From an uncultured virus (IMG/VR IMGVR_UViG_3300023243_000074) (taxonomy: Duplodnaviria; Heunggongvirae; Uroviricota; Caudoviricetes): DNA of 20,000 nucleotides. The notes below the pieces were generated by a model. The model was not told where the DNA came from, ran no database searches, and saw only the letters and a list, made by a program, of their open reading frames with translations. A program made the translations under genes and the position numbers. Shown here in pieces: positions 1 to 7,108 of the stretch (position 1 is its first letter; each line of letters starts with the position of its first letter). The stretch lies in the IMG/VR virus record IMGVR_UViG_3300023243_000074; one strand, 5' to 3'.

Positions 1-193
1 CGTGGATGGTTTTACACTTAGCACCATTGACCGTGATGTTTCTATTGGTAACGATCTTAACTTTGAAGTACTCGTTGCTCAAGTCCCAATGCGAGCGAGA
101 CTTAACTTTAGTCGCCCGCTGGCCAGTTGCAAAGAACATAGTGTCCATCAACTCATCTGCGGCGATTTTGCGTAGGAAGTGAATATTAGCCAC
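1..193 (-). CDS. Hypothetical phage protein, runs off the left edge (MANIHFLRKIAADELMDTMFFATG...)
   Basis: Manually read open frame from GTG at 193 to the window edge; the start overlaps the stop of the upstream 186..425 ORF, consistent with translational coupling. Confidence 0.6.
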   Translation of the reverse strand, partial: MANIHFLRKIAADELMDTMFFATGQRATKVKSRSHWDLSNEYFKVKIVTNRNITVNGAKCKTIH

Positions 194-425
194 GGTAGTC
201 AAACGCACTTTCTTGATTTAGGTACTGCTCGCGCTCCCACGCAGCCTGCATACTATCTGCAACTTGCCTGGCACTTTCTTCAGTGTATATAGTTGCGGGT
301 TGAAATTGCCGCCCTGAACGATTACCCATATTATCTCCCTCATCCCATTCTATGACCGTCCAGTATGAGCGGCGATCATTGTCACATTCATAATCTTCAA
401 ACTCGGCTGTAAATTTGCGATTCAT
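186..425 (-). CDS. Hypothetical phage protein (79 aa)
   Basis: ORF in a co-oriented run; 4-nt ATGA overlap with 422..673. Confidence 0.7.
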   Translation of the reverse strand: MNRKFTAEFEDYECDNDRRSYWTVIEWDEGDNMGNRSGRQFQPATIYTEESARQVADSMQAAWEREQYLNQESAFDYRG

Positions 426-673
426 AATTTCAATTCTTTCAAAGGGCGCAAGGTCCTGCTCAACACGCTAATGAAATGACTAGTCGTGTCATTGATAACC
501 ATTGGCAAATCAAGATGCACAATAGCAACCGACACACCCTCGGCATTCATGCTACTACAGTTACCAACGGTTCCCATGAAAGGGATCTTACCAAATTTTC
601 CAGCAACACGATCCCCGATAGAGTACTTCTCGGTGATAGCCTTCTTATCAAAATATTCGGTTAAAGTGCTCAT
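422..673 (-). CDS. Hypothetical phage protein (83 aa, possible SH3-like fold)
   Basis: ATGA overlaps with both neighbours; 'YSIGDRV...GTV...VHLD' pattern resembles small beta-barrel phage proteins. Confidence 0.7.
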   Translation of the reverse strand: MSTLTEYFDKKAITEKYSIGDRVAGKFGKIPFMGTVGNCSSMNAEGVSVAIVHLDLPMVINDTTSHFISVLSRTLRPLKELKL

Positions 674-900
674 ATAGTCTTTCCAGTCATCTTTGTATAG
701 TAGTCACGATCTGCAATAGTGTATTGGTACAGAGGGTATGAAGGATCATTAGGAAATATACCGCTCTTCTTACATAAGCGAGTCAACGCTCCCCGAGCAG
801 CACCCATACCGTAGTATTGCACACTGACGCCAGAGTTGGTCTTGGTTTTCAAGACCTCGTATGTTTTCTTGTCGTAGATGATAAAAATTTGTTTGGACAT
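670..900 (-). CDS. Hypothetical phage protein (76 aa)
   Basis: ORF with ATGA overlap into the next gene. Confidence 0.7.
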   Translation of the reverse strand: MSKQIFIIYDKKTYEVLKTKTNSGVSVQYYGMGAARGALTRLCKKSGIFPNDPSYPLYQYTIADRDYYTKMTGKTI

Positions 901-967
901 GTGTATTATCGAGTATTAATCTAAAATGGTAAATATGGGTCAACCAAAAGTTTGTAATACTTGCGTA

Positions 968-1267
968 TTACATTCTCCAGTAAGTTTCTGAGCTTGGGCT
1001 ACAGTAGTAGGGCGTGTCATAACGCTCTTGAAACTCTATGCCACCCATTAAGTTTTGTTTGGTCACAAAGGTTTCAAACACGTTGGCTACTACGCCATCT
1101 CTACGAAAGTCTTCTGCAAGACACTCAATGTAGTCTTTGGTGCTGGGAGCATAGTCCATCACTTTAATAAAACGCAAGCCTGCCTTGTTTTTGCCGTGGC
1201 GCTCATCACGTTTGATACGCTTGTCTGCTTTGTAGATTTCAATTGTGTATTCAGTTAACTTAGACAT
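968..1267 (-). CDS. Hypothetical phage early protein (C-terminal TPYYCSPSSETYW motif); likely start at MSKLTEY
   Basis: An AAGGAA SD-like sequence and a sigma70-like promoter lie upstream of ATG 1267, inside the longer called ORF (968..1327). Confidence 0.75.
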   Translation of the reverse strand: MSKLTEYTIEIYKADKRIKRDERHGKNKAGLRFIKVMDYAPSTKDYIECLAEDFRRDGVVANVFETFVTKQNLMGGIEFQERYDTPYYCSPSSETYWRM

Positions 1268-1297
1268 TTTCAATTCCTTTTTCCTAATGTATGAGTT

Positions 1298-1327
1298 ATT
1301 ATAACACGAACACAATACCCTACGCAA
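1298..1327 (-). promoter_or_regulatory. Sigma70-like early promoter TTGCGT-N18-TATAAT with extended -10 TG
   Basis: Read on the minus strand about 30 nt upstream of ATG 1267. Confidence 0.65.
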
Positions 1328-1451
1328 GTGTAAGGGTATTAATGATGCTTGTAAACAACACTTCGTAGGATAACCACAGAAAAATTGTAACCTTTAGTAT
1401 TACTGGGATCATAAGGAATACTATGACAATGAATAGGAGAATTTGTAACAT
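1320..1451 (-). CDS. Small hydrophobic membrane peptide (43 aa), probably leaderless
   Basis: MLQILLFIVIVFLMIPVILKVTIFLWLSYEVLF...; ATG lies 6 nt after TATAAT. The longer called ORF would read through a terminator. Confidence 0.45.
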   Translation of the reverse strand: MLQILLFIVIVFLMIPVILKVTIFLWLSYEVLFTSIINTLTLA

Positions 1452-1457
1452 GAAGCT

Positions 1458-1486
1458 ATTATACCATAAAAAACGGGACTTTGCAG
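1458..1486 (-). promoter_or_regulatory. Sigma70-like early promoter CTGCAA-N17-TATAAT (TGG before the -10)
   Basis: Minus strand reads ctgcaa agtcccgttttttatgg tataat. Confidence 0.6.
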
Positions 1487-1492
1487 TCCCGT
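1468..1492 (-). terminator. Rho-independent terminator after the carbamoyltransferase operon
   Basis: ACGGGACT-GCAA-AGTCCCGT, a perfect 8-bp stem with a GNRA loop followed by a T-run, about 20 nt after the stop at 1512. Confidence 0.85.
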
Positions 1493-1511
1493 GGTAAAAA
1501 TACAACATGTT

Positions 1512-2924
1512 TTAGAATATTTTTACATCATATAATTTTTCAAATTGCATGGCATCTTGCCAAGAATCTACCATAGGCATCCCTCGTATATTCAATGAAG
1601 TATTGAGTAACATTGGACATCCAGTCTTAATATACCATGATTCTAATACTTTCCGTAATATTGTATTATCATCTTTATATACAAGTTGTACTCTACTGGT
1701 ATTATCTGCATGTATTATTGCTGGAAACTGTTCTGAGAATTTACATTCTGCAGTTGTTGACATATATCTTGACATACTCCCACGGAAATATTGTTCAGCG
1801 TGTTCAGCCAATATAGAAGGAGCAAATGGTCTAAACAATTGTCGTTTTTTAATATTATTAACCAAATTCTTTATATCAATTCCCCTTGGGTCTGCAATTA
1901 GGCTTCTATTACCCAATGCTCTAGGTCCGAATTCAGACTTTCCATTAGCAATACCACATATTTTATTTGTAATTAAATATTCAGTCAATTCATCAATTTG
2001 AACTTTCCTATTGATTTCTCTTCCAAGATATGGACCATTCCAGTTAAGTTTCTTTTTATAACTTAATGCAGCAGCACCTAATGCTGATCCTGCATCTCCA
2101 GGGTTTGGCATAATCCATATATCACCATATTCTTTAATCAACTTCGAATTAGCAACGCAATTTAATGCAACACCACCAGCATAACAAATATTATTACTAT
2201 GTGACTTAGCGATAGAGAATATTTTACGCAATGAATTTTCTAATACAACTTGGGCAGTTGTAGATATATCGACGTTAGGATAGTTAGATAACTGACTGGT
2301 ATAAGTGCCTATGCCGCGGTGTAGATTAGAACTCTTTAAATTTTCTAATAACTTTTCAAGTTCTGGATCGTGTTTACCGAACGCTGCCATACCCATGAAG
2401 ATATATTCTTCTTCTAATGGTTTGAGTCCGACATGTTTAGTAAGGGCAGAATACCATAGTCCTATGCTATTGGGGTATTTCTGAGAGTATATTTTTTTAT
2501 ATTTTGCGATTCTACAATTGTCGTAGTACGCAGACCATATTGAAACCGTGTCCCATTCACCAATACTATCGACCACCACACAAGAAGCTTCTAAATAATC
2601 TGAAGTTTGAAATGCAGCAGCGGCATGAGAGAGGTGATGTGAATGGTTAACTTCCGCAGTTATTGTCTGTCTGCGTTTAGTGAATGCAGTTTTATATTGA
2701 CCAGCATATATTTGACGCGACTTCTTCAGTATGGGATTTTCGTAATAAGCACTTTTACTAATTTCATAAGAATCTAGTAGTTCAATTTGCCAAGGGCTAA
2801 TATACCTATCGTGTTTCACCCCAGATGATCGCTCAGAGTGAGATGCATGAACAATATCACCATTATTAGGGTCTATGATTGCAATTGCTGCATCATGAAA
2901 CCCTTCACTAATTCCTAATATCAT
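1512..2924 (-). CDS. O-carbamoyltransferase, NodU/CmcH (TobZ-like) family
   Basis: Motifs MILGIS..HDAA, HHLSHAAAAF, VVDSIGE, MGMAAFG, GGVALNC, PNPGDAG, EFGPRALGNRS, RPFAPS, HADNTSRVQ, LLNTSLN. Confidence 0.95.
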   Translation of the reverse strand: MILGISEGFHDAAIAIIDPNNGDIVHASHSERSSGVKHDRYISPWQIELLDSYEISKSAYYENPILKKSRQIYAGQYKTAFTKRRQTITAEVNHSHHLSHAAAAFQTSDYLEASCVVVDSIGEWDTVSIWSAYYDNCRIAKYKKIYSQKYPNSIGLWYSALTKHVGLKPLEEEYIFMGMAAFGKHDPELEKLLENLKSSNLHRGIGTYTSQLSNYPNVDISTTAQVVLENSLRKIFSIAKSHSNNICYAGGVALNCVANSKLIKEYGDIWIMPNPGDAGSALGAAALSYKKKLNWNGPYLGREINRKVQIDELTEYLITNKICGIANGKSEFGPRALGNRSLIADPRGIDIKNLVNNIKKRQLFRPFAPSILAEHAEQYFRGSMSRYMSTTAECKFSEQFPAIIHADNTSRVQLVYKDDNTILRKVLESWYIKTGCPMLLNTSLNIRGMPMVDSWQDAMQFEKLYDVKIF

Positions 2925-2932
2925 ATATGATT

Positions 2933-3031
2933 TTATTCTTCGTATATGAAAGGGTCCGCTTTTCTCAATTCTTTTATACGTTTCTTCAACCTGAAGTAGT
3001 TAACTAATTTATAATAGAGGTTTATCAACAT
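2933..3031 (-). CDS. Small 32-aa peptide MLINLYYKLVNYFRLKKRIKELRKADPFIYEE (not in the ORF track)
   Basis: Manually translated; fills the gap between 3009..3341 and the carbamoyltransferase; PFIY motif near the C-terminus. Confidence 0.7.
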   Translation of the reverse strand: MLINLYYKLVNYFRLKKRIKELRKADPFIYEE

Positions 3032-3341
3032 AACTAGCGTTCGTTTTGTAGTCGACACCGATGCTAATGATACATGCATACGATGTTTCCTTTATTAAAA
3101 GGAATAGTGTCATTTCGTTAGTTTCGGGAGATACCATAACAACATAACGACCAACTCGAGAATCTACCCATGTTGCAGTTAATTGCTCGCCGTAGTCTTG
3201 CATCGACAGAGCAAGCAAGGGTTCTGATTTACCACACTCGACAGGCAGGTTATCATTATGTATTTCTGTCGCAGGAACTTCGCCGGCGAAACCACTGAAC
3301 ATGACAACCGAAAACGCAATTGCGATAATTGATTTTAACAT
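3009..3341 (-). CDS. Secreted/periplasmic hypothetical protein with signal peptide and a Cys pair
   Basis: N-terminal MLKSIIAIAFSVVMFSGFA signal-like segment; PVECG...ACIISIG. Confidence 0.75.
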   Translation of the reverse strand: MLKSIIAIAFSVVMFSGFAGEVPATEIHNDNLPVECGKSEPLLALSMQDYGEQLTATWVDSRVGRYVVMVSPETNEMTLFLLIKETSYACIISIGVDYKTNASYVDKPLL

Positions 3342-3360
3342 AGCAAAGTTCCTTATATAA

Positions 3361-3825
3361 TTATACGTTGATGCCTACCGAATAAACCGTCTTACCATTT
3401 ACGCGAGATGCAGTCAGTGCTTTACCACGATTGCTTCCGTCTGCTTTGTATGACACATGGACCCAACCTGAGTCTGGAATACCTGGAGTATAGAACTCAA
3501 GGATGACTTGGTCAAAGTCGGTGTTCTCTACAATCCAGGTAGCAATATCACCGTTGGCCACGCCAGGAACTTCAATATCAGCGGCTTCACCATTACAATG
3601 CTGAGATGTAGCAGAACCACCAACCGCGGCATTAAGTTCTGGACTACGATATCCACTATTAATAGTGGTGACACCAAACTGGTCGCGTACTTTTTGTACA
3701 ACATTTTCAAATAGTGCCTTTGCAGCGTCTAGGTGCTCACCCTGTGGAGTATTATCAATACCCTTGCGTTCGGCGGTTTGAGATTTAGTAAATTCAGCCA
3801 TGCTGAAGTTTTTAGATAGTTTCAT
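3361..3825 (-). CDS. Peptidase M15A (Zn D-Ala-D-Ala carboxypeptidase-like) putative endolysin
   Basis: LSKNFSMAEF, SGYRSPELNAAVGGS, SQH..GEAADI and WVHVS Zn-ligand motifs; AAGGAG SD. Confidence 0.92.
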   Translation of the reverse strand: MKLSKNFSMAEFTKSQTAERKGIDNTPQGEHLDAAKALFENVVQKVRDQFGVTTINSGYRSPELNAAVGGSATSQHCNGEAADIEVPGVANGDIATWIVENTDFDQVILEFYTPGIPDSGWVHVSYKADGSNRGKALTASRVNGKTVYSVGINV

Positions 3826-3852
3826 ATTATCTCCTTCGGAAAATATAGTTAG

Positions 3853-4125
3853 TTAGTCGTTGACGATTTTACTTATATGCTTTTCAAACTGTTCAACTTT
3901 GTCTACCCTGTTTGGCCAATGTATATAGTCCTTCTCAGGATTTTTCTTTAGATTATCTAACAATGGTAGTATTGCTGAATACAGCGCATCTAACTTGTGT
4001 TTTAAGTCGTCTGCACTTTGTGCTGCGCTTTTTGCACTTGTAGACGCTTGTTGTACCGAGTCCAACTCAGTTTCATCAACAGCGCTGAAACCAAAATCAA
4101 ATATATCATCGTCATTCTGTACCAT
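3853..4125 (-). CDS. Hypothetical phage protein (FDFGFSAVDE...NPEKDYIHWPNR), coiled-coil
   Basis: ORF overlaps the upstream gene and is co-oriented with the operon. Confidence 0.75.
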   Translation of the reverse strand: MVQNDDDIFDFGFSAVDETELDSVQQASTSAKSAAQSADDLKHKLDALYSAILPLLDNLKKNPEKDYIHWPNRVDKVEQFEKHISKIVND

Positions 4126-4363
4126 TCCTGCTCATCCCCATTAACCTTAAATTCAAAACATAATTTTCGACAACCAGTTTTACAGCTGTTGCGAGCATAA
4201 TCATGTCGCGACTGTCCTTGTCTTCACTTAGGTACATATCCAATACATTTGAAGACATAAGCATATACGCATCTTCTTCTCGGATTTCTAACATACCCCA
4301 ATCTATAGGATCATCTATCTCTACTTGCATTGCAAGTTTAGCGAGTTGTTCTACAAGATTCAT
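4112..4363 (-). CDS. Hypothetical phage protein (83 aa)
   Basis: AAGGGA SD-like sequence upstream; first gene of the minus-strand run. Confidence 0.75.
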   Translation of the reverse strand: MNLVEQLAKLAMQVEIDDPIDWGMLEIREEDAYMLMSSNVLDMYLSEDKDSRDMIMLATAVKLVVENYVLNLRLMGMSRNGTE

Positions 4364-4379
4364 ACAGTTCCCTTATAAT

Positions 4380-4472
4380 AAGTGGCACTTCAACGATTGA
4401 ATGGCGATCTATCGTCTGGGTAGTACCCACCCTACACATGCTCGTAAGCTAACGGTCCTAAGGCAGTGTGTT
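4380..4472 (-). ncRNA. Candidate structured ncRNA or 5' leader
   Basis: GC-richer intergenic stretch with several consecutive stems, directly after a late-promoter-like ACTAAATA; family not recognised. Confidence 0.4.
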
Positions 4473-4477
4473 TGTTT

Positions 4478-4485
4478 TATTTAGT
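4478..4485 (-). promoter_or_regulatory. T4-type late promoter variant ACTAAATA
   Basis: Minus strand reads taaatactaaataaaac upstream of the endolysin/carbamoyltransferase run. Confidence 0.5.
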
Positions 4486-4487
4486 AT

Positions 4488-4622
4488 TTAAGGGTTTCTC
4501 ATCCAAGATGGTATTTTACTAACAACTTTTGGTTTGCTGTTTTCAATCAAGATGTGAATTTGAGAAATACGCTCAGTAAGTTCTTTTATCATTTTAAGAT
4601 GTTCTTGATAGTTTGGATACAT
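4488..4622 (-). CDS. Small 44-aa protein MYPNYQEHLKMIKELTERISQIHILIENSKPKVVSKIPSWMRNP (not in the ORF track)
   Basis: Manually translated ORF that fills the gap; ATG lies 7 nt after a TATATATA box. Confidence 0.5.
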   Translation of the reverse strand: MYPNYQEHLKMIKELTERISQIHILIENSKPKVVSKIPSWMRNP

Positions 4623-4638
4623 GATAATGTATATATAT

Positions 4639-4646
4639 TATAAATA
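4639..4646 (+). promoter_or_regulatory. T4-type late promoter TATAAATA
   Basis: Exact gp55-type consensus 32 nt upstream of ATG 4679; AAGGT SD-like sequence follows. Confidence 0.75.
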
Positions 4647-4678
4647 TTTGATACAACACAAATTGGTAAAGGTATCAC

Positions 4679-5227
4679 ATGGAATTATTCAGAAAATATG
4701 AGGGAGCATATCTAAGCGTACCCAGCGTAGTATATAATGGTCACTACAATCAAGAAATCTTCGTGATGAAGTTTAATGAGAAGTATTGGTATGACGCAGA
4801 AATTGCTGGATTGGAGTTGATATCCAACAAACCATATTGTCCAGAGATAGTATCTAGTGATAATGAAAAAATGGAAATCGTGTTCAAGTGGGAAAGTGCA
4901 ACAAACCTTAATCACTTAATACACTTTAAGCAAGGGTTGCCCGACGACTGGCAAGATCAAGTTAAGAGTATACTCTCAGACCTAGAGAAAAGTGATTTAT
5001 ATAAACTAAACCTATACCCACATACATTCTATGTTAAGGATTCTAAAGTGTTTGTGATGGATCTGTATGCATGTATATCAGCAGACCAAAAAATATTAGA
5101 ATCTGATATATCGCATATTATTAATAACAAGGATAGATTCGAATTTAATGATGGTATATTAGACATAGCGCAGACATACAAATACACCATTGAAAATATC
5201 GTTCAAGAGTGGTTATGGAATTCATAG
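4679..5227 (+). CDS. Divergent protein-kinase-like fold protein
   Basis: VMK (beta3 Lys-like), E in helix C, PEI, YKLNLYPHTFYV at the catalytic-loop position and MDLY at the DFG position. Confidence 0.55.
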   Translation: MELFRKYEGAYLSVPSVVYNGHYNQEIFVMKFNEKYWYDAEIAGLELISNKPYCPEIVSSDNEKMEIVFKWESATNLNHLIHFKQGLPDDWQDQVKSILSDLEKSDLYKLNLYPHTFYVKDSKVFVMDLYACISADQKILESDISHIINNKDRFEFNDGILDIAQTYKYTIENIVQEWLWNS

Positions 5228-5228
5228 T

Positions 5229-5780
5229 ATGGTTCAATTCATTGGTAACTGTAATCATCTAATAGATTGGGATGGTGTAATAGATGATATACGCGATAGT
5301 GAACCTGGATATATTGGTCCTAGGCACGACGCGGGACATACAGTTCAAGGCGTTGACGAAGTATGTGTTCCAATACGAAATGCTGGATACAAGATGAAGT
5401 GTGAAGGTGGGAGTGCTAGTTGGGGAATGTATTTTCCAAAACAACATTTTGATATAAGTGTTGTAAAATCTTTCATAGACTTTGTAGGAATGGATTCTTA
5501 TATTAATTGTTGGGTCAGCAGAGTTATGCCTGGAGATGTAGCACCTTGGCACTGGGATATCACCGATGATGAGTTTACTCTTAATTCAACTGTAAAAGAA
5601 ATTCATCGATACCATTGCCACATCGATATTCCAAGGCCTGGACACTTCTTATCTGTCGAAGATAAGTGTTTCTATAACGAAGATCAAGGTAATGTATATA
5701 AATGGAGTAGTCGAATGTCATGGCATTCTGGTGCTAATGCTGGTCTAACTCCAAAGTATCTATTCAATATTTGGGGATAG
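5229..5780 (+). CDS. 2OG-Fe(II) oxygenase, Asp/Asn beta-hydroxylase-like; likely start at MVQFIG
   Basis: SRVMPGDVAPWHWD (HxD), RYHCHI and WHSGAN (distal His); ATG 5229 lies 1 nt after the previous stop. Confidence 0.8.
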   Translation: MVQFIGNCNHLIDWDGVIDDIRDSEPGYIGPRHDAGHTVQGVDEVCVPIRNAGYKMKCEGGSASWGMYFPKQHFDISVVKSFIDFVGMDSYINCWVSRVMPGDVAPWHWDITDDEFTLNSTVKEIHRYHCHIDIPRPGHFLSVEDKCFYNEDQGNVYKWSSRMSWHSGANAGLTPKYLFNIWG

Positions 5781-5784
5781 TATT

Positions 5785-6297
5785 ATGAATATTATATTGT
5801 TTGGAGCATCAAGCCCTGTAGGGAGAATATTAAAAGATCACTATTCAACTATGCATAATATAACATGCGTGAGTAGGAAATATGGATGGGACATAACTAA
5901 CTCAGAAGAATTTTTAAAACTGGTCGATATGACCGCTGATGCTGATGTATTTTTAAATGTTGCGCATGTTGGATATACTCAAGGGATATTATTAGAACAG
6001 AGCAAGGCGAAGATCAATATAAGTTTCGGTAGTTTAGTCACAAATTTTAAATGGAGTCGTATGAAATTATTATGCAAACCAGAATATTTCTCTGAAAAGT
6101 TATTCCTAAACCATGTACATAATAACATAGTAAATAGTGCGCTTATTAACATTTCTAAATACGGTAACACCGCCAATGGAATACCTAGCGTAACATCAGA
6201 ACAAATTATCTATGCGATAGACAATGTTATAAGTGGTAAGTCGATACTACCAACCACTATAGAAATTAGTAATGGTCTAGGTGATCTACTCCTATAA
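5785..6297 (+). CDS. Short NAD(P)-binding Rossmann-fold protein (SDR-like, degenerate)
   Basis: N-terminal IILFGASSPVG, VSR..GWDI, DVFLNVA and a Y-x3-K (YFSEK). Confidence 0.65.
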   Translation: MNIILFGASSPVGRILKDHYSTMHNITCVSRKYGWDITNSEEFLKLVDMTADADVFLNVAHVGYTQGILLEQSKAKINISFGSLVTNFKWSRMKLLCKPEYFSEKLFLNHVHNNIVNSALINISKYGNTANGIPSVTSEQIIYAIDNVISGKSILPTTIEISNGLGDLLL

Positions 6298-7081
6298 TCT
6301 TTCTAAATTCTGGCGTGAATTTACAATCTATGCGTAACCCATATTCTACTTCATTACTAATTTCTCCGCCATGCCAATCTTGATCATTCCAGAAACCTGC
6401 ATTACAATTTAGATAATATTTATTTTCACTTTCAGGATCCCAAATATAAAATCCCCGTTTAGTTCTATATCTTATATGAATGAATTCATTGTTATGCGGG
6501 CTATATTGTTTATCATCATGTACACCATTATTTGCATCTAAATCTCGATGTTCAAACGCTCGGCCATTGTGATCACAATGGAAAAATATAACCCTGCCGA
6601 TCCGATCAATGATATTAGTGTTTTGTAGGTTGATAACCCAATCAACAACTCCTTGAAAGTATGTCGACTCCTCGGTGAGTTGTCTTTGCGCATTTCGATC
6701 ATTCCAGTCACCCTCATTCCAAATAAAATAATAAATGTATGGGTCATTTGCTCCTAGAGTAGATTTAAGATATCGTGTGAATATATTTCGTTGCTTATAA
6801 TCACCGAAGTTCTTAGGTATTATTGTATCACCAGTAACTTTAATAGGATGATCTGCAGGAAGTTTTTGATATTCATCCCATGCTTGATATATAGGTTTCC
6901 AGTTCATGATATAACTAGAATCTTTCCATTCAAATCCAGGAGACATCCAAGTACCTTCTTTGGCATAATCTCGTGCAAGTGCGAACCCCTTAGATATTTC
7001 TGGATGCAATTGCTTAAACCCATCTATGTTTAAGTACGGATCTAAATTGATGTATGGTTTATTGCCAATGCCGCGTATCAT
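6266..7081 (-). CDS. Divergent 2OG-Fe(II) oxygenase / cupin-like protein
   Basis: GRVIFF...EHRD (HxD), FIHI, WNDQDWHGG (distal His) and YGLRID (2OG-binding Arg position). Confidence 0.65.
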   Translation of the reverse strand: MIRGIGNKPYINLDPYLNIDGFKQLHPEISKGFALARDYAKEGTWMSPGFEWKDSSYIMNWKPIYQAWDEYQKLPADHPIKVTGDTIIPKNFGDYKQRNIFTRYLKSTLGANDPYIYYFIWNEGDWNDRNAQRQLTEESTYFQGVVDWVINLQNTNIIDRIGRVIFFHCDHNGRAFEHRDLDANNGVHDDKQYSPHNNEFIHIRYRTKRGFYIWDPESENKYYLNCNAGFWNDQDWHGGEISNEVEYGLRIDCKFTPEFRKIIGVDHLDHY

Positions 7082-7095
7082 AATATAATAACCTT

Positions 7096-7103
7096 TATAT
7101 ATA
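7096..7103. promoter_or_regulatory. Palindromic TATATATA, putative bidirectional late-promoter variant
   Basis: The only promoter-like element recognised in the 27-bp gap between divergent starts at 7081 and 7109. Confidence 0.4.
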
Positions 7104-7108
7104 TTTTT

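Noticed and set aside
915..943. Possible promoter TTGACC-N17-ATTAAT upstream of 670..900
   Set aside because: The -10 element is a poor match, so it is not supported well enough to list.
4380..4472. tRNA gene
   Set aside because: No T-loop GTTCGA motif or convincing cloverleaf; kept only as a candidate ncRNA.
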